From: Neoconidiobolus thromboides FSU 785
Lineage: Eukaryota > Fungi > Entomophthoromycota
Length of the DNA stretch: 64,000 nucleotides
Direction of reading: 5' to 3'
Assembly (NCBI GenBank): GCA_025603075.1
Contig: MU626265.1
Coordinates: forward strand, 1-64,000
Below the pieces are notes generated by a model. The model saw nothing but the letters and a program-made list of their open reading frames with translations. It had not been told where the DNA came from and ran no database searches. A program made the translations under genes and the position numbers. This document shows, piece by piece, positions 63,905 to 64,000 of the stretch (position 1 is its first letter; each line of letters begins with the position of its first letter).

Positions 63905-64000
63905 ATATGCAGATATACTTTTTTAAGGATTTTACTAGTAATTTTTCCACTCAAATAGCGCTTAGAAAGTGCAAGTGATGGACTAAAAATATTCCCATAT
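63905..64000 (-). mobile_element. MITE family 1 copy (diverged)
   Basis: TTCCACTCAAATAGCGCTTAG...ATTCCC-ATAT. Confidence 0.75.

Overview
This is an AT-rich fungal genomic window with short (about 40-55 nt) GT-AG introns. Gene style suggests an early-diverging fungus, possibly Entomophthorales-like (inference). Housekeeping genes: COQ5, GLT1, URA4, SUI1/eIF1 and a synaptobrevin. Accessory genes: a 7TM GPCR-like protein, a 14-TM MFS exporter, a 12-exon cytochrome P450, two tandem JEN1-like transporters, a signal-peptide-bearing agmatine/peptidylarginine deiminase, and a decayed XPB/SSL2 pseudogene. Four features stand out. (1) A ~98-bp MITE family has 24 near-complete copies plus fragments, with GGGG...CCCC termini and a demonstrable 4-bp ANNT target-site duplication. 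(2) At least nine intact, frameshifted or decayed genes encode fungal transcription-factor-like (MHR) proteins with no visible Zn2Cys6 DNA-binding cluster. (3) A box C/D snoRNA in the long SUI1 intron has a guide matching LSU rRNA helix 69 (snR63/SNORD46-type), and a second C/D candidate lies just upstream of SUI1. (4) A separate 246-bp TATA-flanked TIR element is present. There is one 100-N assembly gap. No tRNA, rRNA or CRISPR array was recognised. All alignments and splicing were done by eye, so boundaries of degenerate features are approximate.
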